From NCBI GenBank assembly GCA_963791045.1, contig CAWBQK010000008.1, positions 1 through 15,247 of the forward strand: 15,247 nt of DNA, written 5' to 3'. Under the pieces are notes generated by a model. It saw nothing but the letters and a program-made list of their open reading frames with translations. It was not told the DNA's origin and did not search any database. A program made the position numbers and the translations under genes. This stretch comes from Candidatus Latescibacterota bacterium (GTDB taxonomy: Bacteria; Krumholzibacteriota; Krumholzibacteriia; WVZY01). Below, one piece after another: positions 6,906 to 15,247 of this stretch. Position 1 is the stretch's first letter, and every line of letters begins with the position of its first letter.

Positions 6906-9218
6906 ATGAACCGCAAAACCAAATATTTTCTGGTAATTTCACTTCTCGCCCTCGCGGCGTTTCTCGCCGTCGGGTTCGCGACCACGAGGCCCCAGGACTG
7001 GCCATTTGCCTCGGAACAGTCGTTTCGCGAAGTGGCAAACCTTTCCGGCCCTCTCGGGTCGTGGCTTGCCTCAGTCTGCTTTGATCTTCTCGGCCGCGTC
7101 TTCGCATGGTTCCTTCCGCTCGGGATGATCCTGCTGGCGGTAGGGCTGGCCGCAGGAAAGATGCGTTCGGCCGCCAGGTTTGTCGTCAAGAGCGGGGCCA
7201 TTATCCTCTTATTGTCCGCGGCGTTTTCGCTGTCGTCTTTCACGCGCGAATCGGTGGGGTTGGTGGGTTCGCTCGGCCGCGGGATCGGATCGGGTGTGTC
7301 CGCCGTCCTCGGTCAATTTGGCGCGACGATTATTCTCATAACTTGTTTACTCCTCGTTCTCCTTGCCGAAGTCCGGTTTGTCGTCCGTCACCTGGTCGCG
7401 TGGCTCAAAAAAAGTCCTCCGAAACCGCCACCCGTGGACTGGATACCGGGCGCGCTTGCGGCGCTTGGGCGCTGGCTCTTCGGGTTGGTTGTCGTTCCGT
7501 ACCGGGGCGCCCGGGCCTGGTGGTTGGAGTGGCGAGAGGCGAGGCGCCTCAAGGCTGCGGAGTTGCCGGTAGAGCCGGAAATGGATGAGGATGCGCTGTT
7601 TGTTGAATCTGGGCCGGTGGATGAAACGGCGCCGATTCCCGAGGACGCCCCCTGGCTCGGTCATGCGGCGAAACCGGCGCCTATGCCCAGGCCAAAAGCA
7701 AGAAAACCTAAAAAGGCCGACATACCCGAGCCAAAAACGGTCGAGAAGCCTCAGAGCGACGGCATCCCCGTCGAGAACGCAACGCTTCCGCCGCTTTCAC
7801 TTCTTGCGAGCGCCGATGGTCATGGAAGCAGTTTTTCGAAGGACAAGCTCAAGGGGTGGAGTGAAGTTCTTGAAGACAAGCTGGGAAACTACGGAATCGA
7901 AGGCCGTGTGACGGCGGTCAACCAGGGACCGCTTGTTACGACATTCGAGTTCGAACCGGCGCCCGGGGTTAAGATTAAAGATATCGTCAGCCGATCGGAT
8001 GACCTCGCACTCGCCATGCGTGCGCGCAGCCTGCGTTTGCTCGCGCCGATCCCGGGCCGTGCGGTGGTGGGGATCGAGATCCCCAACCCGGAACAGGACA
8101 TGGTTTTTCTCCAGGAAGTCCTCAGCGAGATTCCCGACCGCCTCCGGCTCAGCGGTATTATGATCGCGCTCGGGGTCAACGCAACGGGGAAGCCGTTCAA
8201 CGTGAACCTGTGCAGCGCGCCTCACCTCTTGATGGCCGGGACGACCGGTTCGGGTAAGAGCGTGTCGTTGAACTGCTTTTTGGCCAGCATTCTTTTTCAG
8301 TACCGGCCGTCGGATGTACGAATGGTTCTTGTGGACCCGAAAATGGTCGAATTGAGCATCTACAATGGAATTCCTCACTTACTCCATCCAGTTATCACCG
8401 ATCCTCGGGAGGCGGTACGCGTTCTTACGTATTTGATAGGTGAAATGGAGCGCCGGAACGAACTCCTGCGCAAGAACGGGGTAAAAAATATCGAGAGTTA
8501 CAATTCCAAGGTCGCGCTGGGGAAAGTCGAGGGTGATGATGAACCCAAAAAGATGGCCTATATCGTTCTCGTGGTGGACGAGCTTGGCGATCTCATCCTG
8601 ACGAAGGGCGCGGACATTGAAGGGCTATTGTCTCGGTTGTCGAACATGGCGCGCGCGGTGGGTATCCACATGATCGTCGCCACACAGCGGCCGTCGGTCG
8701 ACGTGATCGTTGGAAAAACAAAGGCGAACTTCCCAACCCGGATTGCGTTCCGCGTCGCGACAAAAGTCGATTCGCGGACTATTCTCGATTGCGTCGGAGC
8801 CGAAAAGCTCATTGGGAAGGGCGATATGCTCTTCGTTGATGCCAAGCATCCCGAGGCGCTGAGACTACACGGGGCGTGGATGTCGGAGGAGGAACTCGAG
8901 AATCTTGTCGCACACTGGAAACAGTACGACTACGAGGAAGCACGGCTCGACCTGTACGAAGGACCGTCGGGTGGCGTGAGGGACGAAGAAACCGATCCGT
9001 ATTTTGACGACGCCAGGGAAATCATATTGCGGCACAACCAGGGATCCACTTCACTCTTGCAGCGAAAACTCCACGTGGGTTATGCGCGGGCCGCCCGGTT
9101 GCTCGACCAGCTCGAAATGGCTGGGATCGTCGGGCCGCCCGACGGGAGCAAGCCGCGCGAAGTGCTCATAAACGAGGATGCCGAGATCGGTTCACAGCTG
9201 GATGAAGACGGTGTTTAA
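6906..9218 (+). CDS. ftsK: DNA translocase FtsK
   Basis: N-terminal multi-TM domain (N..GPLGSWLA), Pro/Glu/Lys linker, motor domain (GIEIPN, PHLLMAGTTGSGKS, VDPKMVEL, VVDELGDL, ATQRPSVDVI, GAEKLIGKGDML) and gamma domain STSLLQRKLHVGYARAARLLDQLE. Confidence 0.97.
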   Translation: MNRKTKYFLVISLLALAAFLAVGFATTRPQDWPFASEQSFREVANLSGPLGSWLASVCFDLLGRVFAWFLPLGMILLAVGLAAGKMRSAARFVVKSGAIILLLSAAFSLSSFTRESVGLVGSLGRGIGSGVSAVLGQFGATIILITCLLLVLLAEVRFVVRHLVAWLKKSPPKPPPVDWIPGALAALGRWLFGLVVVPYRGARAWWLEWREARRLKAAELPVEPEMDEDALFVESGPVDETAPIPEDAPWLGHAAKPAPMPRPKARKPKKADIPEPKTVEKPQSDGIPVENATLPPLSLLASADGHGSSFSKDKLKGWSEVLEDKLGNYGIEGRVTAVNQGPLVTTFEFEPAPGVKIKDIVSRSDDLALAMRARSLRLLAPIPGRAVVGIEIPNPEQDMVFLQEVLSEIPDRLRLSGIMIALGVNATGKPFNVNLCSAPHLLMAGTTGSGKSVSLNCFLASILFQYRPSDVRMVLVDPKMVELSIYNGIPHLLHPVITDPREAVRVLTYLIGEMERRNELLRKNGVKNIESYNSKVALGKVEGDDEPKKMAYIVLVVDELGDLILTKGADIEGLLSRLSNMARAVGIHMIVATQRPSVDVIVGKTKANFPTRIAFRVATKVDSRTILDCVGAEKLIGKGDMLFVDAKHPEALRLHGAWMSEEELENLVAHWKQYDYEEARLDLYEGPSGGVRDEETDPYFDDAREIILRHNQGSTSLLQRKLHVGYARAARLLDQLEMAGIVGPPDGSKPREVLINEDAEIGSQLDEDGV

Positions 9219-9233
9219 CCCCGGATTTTGCAT

Positions 9234-10577
9234 ATGAAGACCTACGTGGTGAGTTTGGGTTGTCCAAAAAACACCGTGGACACGGAAGCATCCCTGGGTT
9301 TTCTGCACCGGGCGGGTGCCACGTTCACCGAGGATCCTGAGGACGCCGACGTTTTGATAGTAAGCGCGTGTTCGTTTCTCGATACCGCGTGGACCGAAAC
9401 CGTTGAAGAAGTCGAGCGGCTCGCCGAACTGAAAAACAGGGGGCGTCCGAAGAAGCTTATTTTGATGGGTTGTTTGCCGCTCCATCGCCAGGATCGCTGG
9501 CGTGAATCTCTTCCCCATGTCGACCATTTTATACCGGCGGGCGGCCACTCGATGCTGCCCACTATTCTTGAATCCATGAAATCCGAAAAGATCGCCGGTG
9601 CAGACGTTCCAGCAGCCGCCATCGATCAGTTTGCCGGTTTCGAAAACAGGGTTCGAATCACCCCACTGCACACGGCGTATGTCAAGATCGCCGAGGGATG
9701 CGGCCGCCCGTGCGCGTTCTGCGCAATTCCGACCATCCGCGGCAAGATGGCGTCGCGCTCCATAGATTCGATAGTCCGCGAGGTGGAAGGTCTGCGGCAG
9801 GAAGGCGTCAAAGAGGTTTCGTTGCTTGCGCAGGATATTACGTCCTTTCATGACAGGGGGAAGCGGTTCCCCGATCTGGTGGACGCAGTCGTGGGCACGG
9901 GGGTCGAGTGGATCCGCGTTTTTTACGTACACCCCGGTTCTTTATCGCTCGACATCGCGCGAAGGCTCTTCGAGCACCCGGCGGTGTGCCGCTATCTCGA
10001 GTCGCCCATCCAGCACTCGTCGGACCATCTTCTCGATCGCATGGGAAGGCATTACACACGGCGGCATCTCGAGGACGTTTTCGGAGCGATACGGAACGAT
10101 TTTGCCGATGTCGTCATCCGCAGCGAGGTCATCGTCGGTTTCCCCGGCGAAACCGAGGAAGACTTCGAGGGGTTGAAAGATTTTGTGTCCGGCATCGGTT
10201 TTGCGTCACTCGGTGTGTTTCCTTTTTCACCCGAGCCGGGGACGCCCGCCGCGACGATGGACGGGATGGTTCACCAGGCTCTCGGCCAGGAAAGAGCGGA
10301 AGAACTGATCGACATCCAGAAATCGGTGAGTTTTGGATTTCTGTCAGACCAGAAGGGTTCGTGCCACAAAATCCTTGTCGACCGCCGGGTAAACGATTCC
10401 GAGATCCCGGGCGCGTATCCGGGCTGCGATTTTGCCGGCCGTTACTACGGCCAGGCCTTCGAGATCGACGGAGAGGTATATATAAAGGGAGAGGGAGTCG
10501 AGGTGGGGGAATTCATTGACGCGCGCATAACCGATGCCGATGCCTTCGATATGGAGGCGGAAGTGCTGGATGCGTAA
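9234..10577 (+). CDS. rimO: Ribosomal protein S12 methylthiotransferase RimO
   Basis: SLGCPKNTVD (RimO-type rather than MiaB), three N-terminal Cys (GCPKN, ACSF, MGCL), radical SAM motif KIAEGCGRPCAFC, IVGFPGETEEDF, and C-terminal TRAM-like EIDGEVY. ATG 9234 preferred over TTG 9228. Confidence 0.92.
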   Translation: MKTYVVSLGCPKNTVDTEASLGFLHRAGATFTEDPEDADVLIVSACSFLDTAWTETVEEVERLAELKNRGRPKKLILMGCLPLHRQDRWRESLPHVDHFIPAGGHSMLPTILESMKSEKIAGADVPAAAIDQFAGFENRVRITPLHTAYVKIAEGCGRPCAFCAIPTIRGKMASRSIDSIVREVEGLRQEGVKEVSLLAQDITSFHDRGKRFPDLVDAVVGTGVEWIRVFYVHPGSLSLDIARRLFEHPAVCRYLESPIQHSSDHLLDRMGRHYTRRHLEDVFGAIRNDFADVVIRSEVIVGFPGETEEDFEGLKDFVSGIGFASLGVFPFSPEPGTPAATMDGMVHQALGQERAEELIDIQKSVSFGFLSDQKGSCHKILVDRRVNDSEIPGAYPGCDFAGRYYGQAFEIDGEVYIKGEGVEVGEFIDARITDADAFDMEAEVLDA

Positions 10578-10637
10578 AGAACTTGACCGTTGCGGGCGGA
10601 TTCGGTATCTATAGAAAGCTCTTGCACAGGAGGAAGA

Positions 10638-11333
10638 ATGCTATCAATCAGGGGAAACATATTTGTTCTCTCCCTCCTCGTCTTGTTGACGGTGGGAACC
10701 TGTGGTTTGGCCAGCGCGGATGAATCGGCCAGGACCAATTTCGAAATTCTGAAAACAATGAATGTCGAAATTAGCGATGAACTCATTGCCGGTTTCCCGG
10801 CGGATGTGGCCGGTCGCGACCTCATTCTGGCCCCGGCCGCGCGCGATGAACGCTATGAACTTCTCGCCAATGTTTTCGTCCAGGCCCTGAGCGCCAACGG
10901 TTTTCGTGCACACGAGCCGGTTGCCAAAAATCCCGCGGACACGACCGGAACACCAGGCGCCTCCGTTCGCGTGGCCGGCGCTTCAGATTTGAATGTCGAA
11001 TTCCAGATAATCGATTTTGATCTCCGGTACACAAAGATCTACCGTTCGTACCTCATTGGCGGCAAGAAGGTCAAGCGCAGCGCCGATGTCCGGGTTACGG
11101 TTCGGCTCGTCGATCCTTCGGATGGGCTCGTGGTCTGGGTTGGAGAAGCGTTCAGATCGCTCGACGATGGTTTTAAATATGGCGAAATCGATGAGGTCGA
11201 GGCCGGGCTGTATTCGTTCACCAAGCCTTCACGGGATACGAAGAAGTGGGGTCGGATCGTCGAGCCCGTTGTGGTGACGGGTATAATTGTCGGTTTGATT
11301 TACCTTTTCTTCTCCAACCAGACCGACAGTTAA
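10638..11333 (+). CDS. Exported hypothetical protein with C-terminal hydrophobic anchor
   Basis: AGGAGG RBS (10628-10633) before ATG 10638. Sec-type signal peptide ending ASA-D. C-terminal IVEPVVVTGIIVGLIYLFFS helix. Confidence 0.75.
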   Translation: MLSIRGNIFVLSLLVLLTVGTCGLASADESARTNFEILKTMNVEISDELIAGFPADVAGRDLILAPAARDERYELLANVFVQALSANGFRAHEPVAKNPADTTGTPGASVRVAGASDLNVEFQIIDFDLRYTKIYRSYLIGGKKVKRSADVRVTVRLVDPSDGLVVWVGEAFRSLDDGFKYGEIDEVEAGLYSFTKPSRDTKKWGRIVEPVVVTGIIVGLIYLFFSNQTDS

Positions 11334-11340
11334 AATTCGC

Positions 11341-12357
11341 ATGTTTTCATCCCCGGCATCGGTTTGGGCGCCGTTCATTCGAACCGCGCCTCTTGCACGA
11401 GTGTTTTGTCACGTGGCGTGTTGTGGCGTGTTGTGCATGGTGTTGTGCGCCGCGGTTACGGGTTGTTCACAAGAGAAAAAGACGATTGAGTCGATAAGGC
11501 AGGCGTACGAGGGGGGCGATTTCGCCGAGGCCGTGGTGCTTTGCGAGCGCGCGTTTCGTGAAGATATAGATGGGAGCGTAGTCTACTACTATTACGGGCT
11601 GTCGCTGATCTCGCTCGATCGCGATATCGAATCGTTTGGCGCCCTCGAACGCGCAGCCGGGCTCGATGGGGCGCTTGCCCCTGAAATCGCCGCGGAACTC
11701 GTCGCGGCCGGCAAAACATCTTTTGACCGCGGTGAGCGATCCAGGGCGGCGCTTCGGATGAAGACCGCAGCGGTTATCGATCCCGCGGTTGAACTCGGAC
11801 GATTCGGTTTTCTGATTGCCGAAGCGTGTTTTGAAGAGAGGGAATTCGATCGGGCGGGGCGCTTTTTCTCCGCCGCTCTTGAGGAGTTTCCAGATACGGT
11901 GGTCGCCGAGGGATCTTTTTTCAAGCTTGCGGAATGCCTTTCTGAAACCGGCGACTCTCTCGGGGCGATCGATGTTCTCGAGCGGCAACTCCAGTCGTTC
12001 CCCGTGGGAACTCTCGCCGAACGGGCGCAATGGCGGCTCGTTTCTCTTCTCTTCGAGAGCGCGCAGGCCGAGTTCGACAGAGGCGACTATGATTCGGCGG
12101 CGGGAATTCTGACTCGGGTCATCGCGCGGAGTGATAACCCCTCCCTGGTTCAGAAATCGAGGTTCATGGTTGGCGAGTGTTACGAACGGACCCAGGATTT
12201 TGAAAAGGCCTATGTGCAGTACCGGACCATAATCGATGAGGACATGGGGGCGTCGAGTCGCCTGGTCGATCGTGCCCGATCGAAAATCAAGACCATGGAC
12301 GATGCGGGGCTGTTGGACGATTTGCCAAACGAGATGCGACAATATCTAGAGAAATGA
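11341..12357 (+). CDS. TPR-repeat protein, probable lipoprotein (start uncertain)
   Basis: Lipobox-like VTG-C (Cys codon 11464-11466) and multiple TPR helix pairs (YYYYGLSLISL; FFKLAECLSETGD..GA; FMVGECYERTQDFEKAYVQY). Stop overlaps the next start (ATGA). GTG 11401 is an alternative start. Confidence 0.75.
   Translation: MFSSPASVWAPFIRTAPLARVFCHVACCGVLCMVLCAAVTGCSQEKKTIESIRQAYEGGDFAEAVVLCERAFREDIDGSVVYYYYGLSLISLDRDIESFGALERAAGLDGALAPEIAAELVAAGKTSFDRGERSRAALRMKTAAVIDPAVELGRFGFLIAEACFEEREFDRAGRFFSAALEEFPDTVVAEGSFFKLAECLSETGDSLGAIDVLERQLQSFPVGTLAERAQWRLVSLLFESAQAEFDRGDYDSAAGILTRVIARSDNPSLVQKSRFMVGECYERTQDFEKAYVQYRTIIDEDMGASSRLVDRARSKIKTMDDAGLLDDLPNEMRQYLEK
11413..11448 (+). repeat. Short tandem repeat (GTGGCGTGTT x2 plus a degenerate copy)
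   Basis: GTGGCGTGTT at 11413-11422 and 11423-11432, then GTGCATGGTGTT-GTGC. Confidence 0.5.
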
Positions 12358-13172
12358 ACAAGATCTATATGGAAAGCAACAAACACATCGGTCGAATCGC
12401 GAAACGGCTTGTCTCATTTGGCATGCTCGCCGTCATGCTTGCCGCAGCGATCGGTCTCGCCGGGTGCGCGGCCGGGATTCCCTCGATACCCAACACGGGA
12501 GACGGGATTATCGAGAAAGGGGATCGCTATTTCAAGAACGGCCGGTACTTCCAGGCGGCGGAGCTGTACAAGGCGTATCTCGCAAGGTATGCCGGGCAAA
12601 ATAGCAGCGACTACGCGCAGTTCCGTTTGGGTGAAAGCTACTTCGAGGACCGGGAATACGCGGTTGCGGCGGTGGAGTATCGTTTGCTCGTGACCAACTA
12701 TGGGTACAGCGAGTATGTCGACGAAGGATACTTCAAAGAGGCGCTGTGCAATTACCGCCAGTCCCCGAAGCCGGATCTCGATCAAACAAAAACCCTGGAA
12801 GCGCTTTCACAGTTCGAACAGTTCGTTCGTGTTTTTGGTGACAGCCCGTTGATTCCGGAAGCCCAGACCTACATCGTTGAAATTCACGAAAAGCTCGCCA
12901 GAAAAGATCTCGATAACGCGAAGTTTTATATGAAGGGCAAACGGTATCTCTCCGCGATTATTTACCTGGACAAGATCATTAATAGCTATCCGGACAACGT
13001 ATTCTGGGTGGAGGCGAAATACCTGAAGGCGAAGGCGCTTTACATTCGGGGCGAACGGCTCGACGAAGCACTGGTACTTCTGAACGAGGTGATCGACTAT
13101 CCCGAGAGCCTCCGCGTCCAGGGAGATGCCAAGCGGTTGATCAAACAAGTTCGAGATGAAATCGATGAATAG
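12354..13172 (+). CDS. bamD: Outer membrane protein assembly factor BamD
   Basis: Lipobox LAG-C and TPR pattern with BamD hallmarks: AQFRLGESYF, Y..S.YVDE, SPKPDLDQTKT..AL..F..F, EKLARKDL..AKFY.K..RY.SAIIY. Confidence 0.85.
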   Translation: MNKIYMESNKHIGRIAKRLVSFGMLAVMLAAAIGLAGCAAGIPSIPNTGDGIIEKGDRYFKNGRYFQAAELYKAYLARYAGQNSSDYAQFRLGESYFEDREYAVAAVEYRLLVTNYGYSEYVDEGYFKEALCNYRQSPKPDLDQTKTLEALSQFEQFVRVFGDSPLIPEAQTYIVEIHEKLARKDLDNAKFYMKGKRYLSAIIYLDKIINSYPDNVFWVEAKYLKAKALYIRGERLDEALVLLNEVIDYPESLRVQGDAKRLIKQVRDEIDE

Positions 13173-13740
13173 AGTTGGGATTCTCGGCGGCACTTTTGAT
13201 CCGCCGCACAACGCTCACATTACGATGGCCGAGACGGCGCTCAGCCGGATACCTCTCGATCGGGTGCTGTTGATGCCGGCGCCCCAGCCACCCCAGAAAG
13301 ACTCCGCAGGAATAACCCGGTACGAGGATCGTGTTGAAATGGTCCGTCTCGCGATCGGAAGTCGCGAAGGCGTGGAGCTCTCACTCCTCGAGGAATTCAG
13401 ACGGGGACCGTCGTACACCGTCGAGCTCCTCGAGCGCTTCAGGACATCCGAGGGGGACGAGCCTTTTCTGATTCTCGGGGCCGACAGCGTCGCCGATTTG
13501 CCCGCATGGAAGGACCCGGAGAAGATACTTTCTCTCGCGACACTTGTCGTTTTTGCACGAACCGGCTATTCAGCCCACGTGCCGGTCCCGGGAGAGGCGT
13601 CCGTAATTCTCTTCGAATCGCCGGTAATTGACGTTTCATCCACCGATCTCCGCAAGCGAATCCTCGACGGCGAGGACGTCCAATCTGACATCCCCGGACC
13701 CGTCCGCGACTTTATTTTAGACAAAGGGCTTTATACCTGA
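13165..13740 (+). CDS. nadD: Nicotinate-nucleotide adenylyltransferase
   Basis: GILGGTFDPPHNAH, PSYTVELL, ILGADS...W and DVSSTDLR motifs. Start is ATG 13165 or 13156, overlapping the end of bamD. Confidence 0.93.
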   Translation: MNRVGILGGTFDPPHNAHITMAETALSRIPLDRVLLMPAPQPPQKDSAGITRYEDRVEMVRLAIGSREGVELSLLEEFRRGPSYTVELLERFRTSEGDEPFLILGADSVADLPAWKDPEKILSLATLVVFARTGYSAHVPVPGEASVILFESPVIDVSSTDLRKRILDGEDVQSDIPGPVRDFILDKGLYT

Positions 13741-13746
13741 TAATTT
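13718..13746 (+). promoter_or_regulatory. Putative sigma-70 promoter for polA overlapping the end of nadD
   Basis: TAGACA (13718-13723)-N17-TAATTT (13741-13746), with an extended -10 TG supplied by the nadD stop codon TGA. Confidence 0.45.
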
Positions 13747-13783
13747 CGGACCGGCGCCCTTCCTTTTTAATGACGGGATACGA

Positions 13784-15247
13784 ATGTCTTTGTTTCTTAT
13801 AGATGGTCACGCGTTGGCGTATAGATCGTACTACGCCTTTATTAAGAGGCCGCTTGTCAACTCGAAGGGCGAAGAGACCAGCGCCGTTTTTGGTTTTGTA
13901 AAAACGATTATGAGCATCCTCGACCGGTACGATCCGACACATGTCGTGGTCGCGTTCGACAGCCCCGAAAAAACGTTCCGCAGCGATATATATCCCGAAT
14001 ACAAGGCCAACCGACCCGAGATGCCCGAGTCGCTTATCGCCCAGCTCCCGAGAATATTTGAGGTGTTGGAAGCGATGTCCATACCGTCGATCGCGCTACC
14101 CGGGTACGAGGCGGACGACATTATCGCGACATTGACCAAAAGGGTGGAGTCCGAGGTACCGGTCAGAATCGTATCCGGGGATAAGGATCTTCTTCAGCTG
14201 GTCAGCGACCGGACTCATCTGCTGAGACCCGGCAAGGGCGGAGTGCTCGAAAACGAAATCGATCCGGCCGGACTATCCGCCAGCATGGGATTCACACCGG
14301 AGCAGTTCGTCGATTACCAGGCGTTGATGGGTGATTCCTCGGACAACGTTCCCGGTGTCGCCGGAGTTGGTACGAAGACGGCGCACAAACTGGTTCTGGA
14401 TTACGGATCTCTCGACGGGGTTTATGAGAATATTGACAAGATTACGCCGGAGTCGCTGCGCAAAAAACTTGTCGCCGGTAAGGACCAGGCGTATCTCTCA
14501 CACAGTCTCGTGCTTCTCGACGCCGCGGTTCCGATAGATGTTGCGATCGACGACCTTTGCCGGCGGGATGCGGACGGCGAGCGGCTCGACGCGCTTTTTG
14601 AAGATCTCGAGTTCGCGAAGCTCACGGGAATCGCCAGGGTCGCAGGGCCCGCAAAGAGCGATCCCGCCAAAACAAAGCCAGAGTCGGGACGCGTCGAGTA
14701 TATTACAGTCGCTACGACGGCGGATCTCGATGAGCTCGTTGCGCGGCTCGAAAAGGTTGCCGAGTTCGCCGTCGATGTCGAGGCCAGCGAAGTCGACCCC
14801 ATGCGGGCCGTTCTCGCGGGAATATCGGTCGCCTGGGATGAAAAGAAGGCCTGGTATATACCCGTGAAAAGCGTTCTGGACGGGGAACCGACGATGTTCT
14901 CGACTCCGGCCGAATCGCCGGGCTTCGACCTCGAAGACGTCCGCAAAGTGCTCGGACCTGTCTTTCGCGACCCCCTGGTGCGAAAGATCGGTCAGAATAT
15001 CAAGTACGATGCGCTCGTGCTCGGCAACGCCGGGATCGAACTCGAAGGCATCGCTTTCGACACGATGCTTGCGTCGTATTGCCTCCACCCGGCGAGACGA
15101 AGCCATGGCCTCGACAACCTCGCGAAGGAACTATTCGACCACGACATGATTCCATTCAAGGCGTTATTCGACACCCGCGCCAAAAAGAAGGACATCCGAC
15201 TGGTTCCGCTCGAAAAGGTGGGTCCCTATGCCTGCGAAGATGTCGAC
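13784..15247 (+). CDS. polA: DNA polymerase I (5' part; truncated by window end)
   Basis: Manual translation from ATG 13784 gives MSLFLIDGHALAYRSYYAF, YPEYKANRPEMP, GYEADDIIATL, SGDKDLLQL and ALMGDSSDNVPGVAGVGTKTA (5'-3' exonuclease), then AVDVEAS, GQNIKYD, FDTMLASY and YACED (3'-5' exonuclease motifs I-III). First and last motifs are in the same frame. Confidence 0.96.
   Translation, partial: MSLFLIDGHALAYRSYYAFIKRPLVNSKGEETSAVFGFVKTIMSILDRYDPTHVVVAFDSPEKTFRSDIYPEYKANRPEMPESLIAQLPRIFEVLEAMSIPSIALPGYEADDIIATLTKRVESEVPVRIVSGDKDLLQLVSDRTHLLRPGKGGVLENEIDPAGLSASMGFTPEQFVDYQALMGDSSDNVPGVAGVGTKTAHKLVLDYGSLDGVYENIDKITPESLRKKLVAGKDQAYLSHSLVLLDAAVPIDVAIDDLCRRDADGERLDALFEDLEFAKLTGIARVAGPAKSDPAKTKPESGRVEYITVATTADLDELVARLEKVAEFAVDVEASEVDPMRAVLAGISVAWDEKKAWYIPVKSVLDGEPTMFSTPAESPGFDLEDVRKVLGPVFRDPLVRKIGQNIKYDALVLGNAGIELEGIAFDTMLASYCLHPARRSHGLDNLAKELFDHDMIPFKALFDTRAKKKDIRLVPLEKVGPYACEDVD

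Noticed and set aside
12..9218. Polyproline-containing proteins (anti-sigma, TPR protein, FtsK) clustered near efp as a functional module
   Set aside because: PPP motifs are common in linkers of GC-rich genomes. Enrichment cannot be shown from this window.
10583..10615. Promoter TTGACC-N17-TATCTA before the exported hypothetical gene
   Set aside because: The -35 is good, but the -10 lacks the conserved last T. Too weak to list as a feature.

Overview
GC-rich bacterial chromosomal segment in which every credible gene is on the + strand and most are housekeeping. Order: ZAS-type anti-sigma factor, DUF4837-like lipoprotein, TPR protein, efp, accB, PilT/PilU-family ATPase, accC, ftsK, rimO, exported hypothetical protein, TPR lipoprotein, bamD, nadD, and polA (runs off the 3' end, so it is missing from the ORF track). 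Gene content indicates a diderm, possibly FCB-group, organism (inference). I found no mobile element, CRISPR array, rRNA or tRNA, and no clear-cut novel multi-gene system. Most notable: (i) a pilT-family gene inserted between accB and accC, downstream of a TPR gene with a near-consensus sigma-54 promoter; (ii) single-base frameshifts in both pilT and accC, most likely sequence errors; (iii) an intergenic element at 734-834 with mutually exclusive terminator and antiterminator helices; (iv) several sigma-70-like promoters placed so close to start codons that the mRNAs would be leaderless or nearly so. All calls come from reading motifs by eye; no searches were run.
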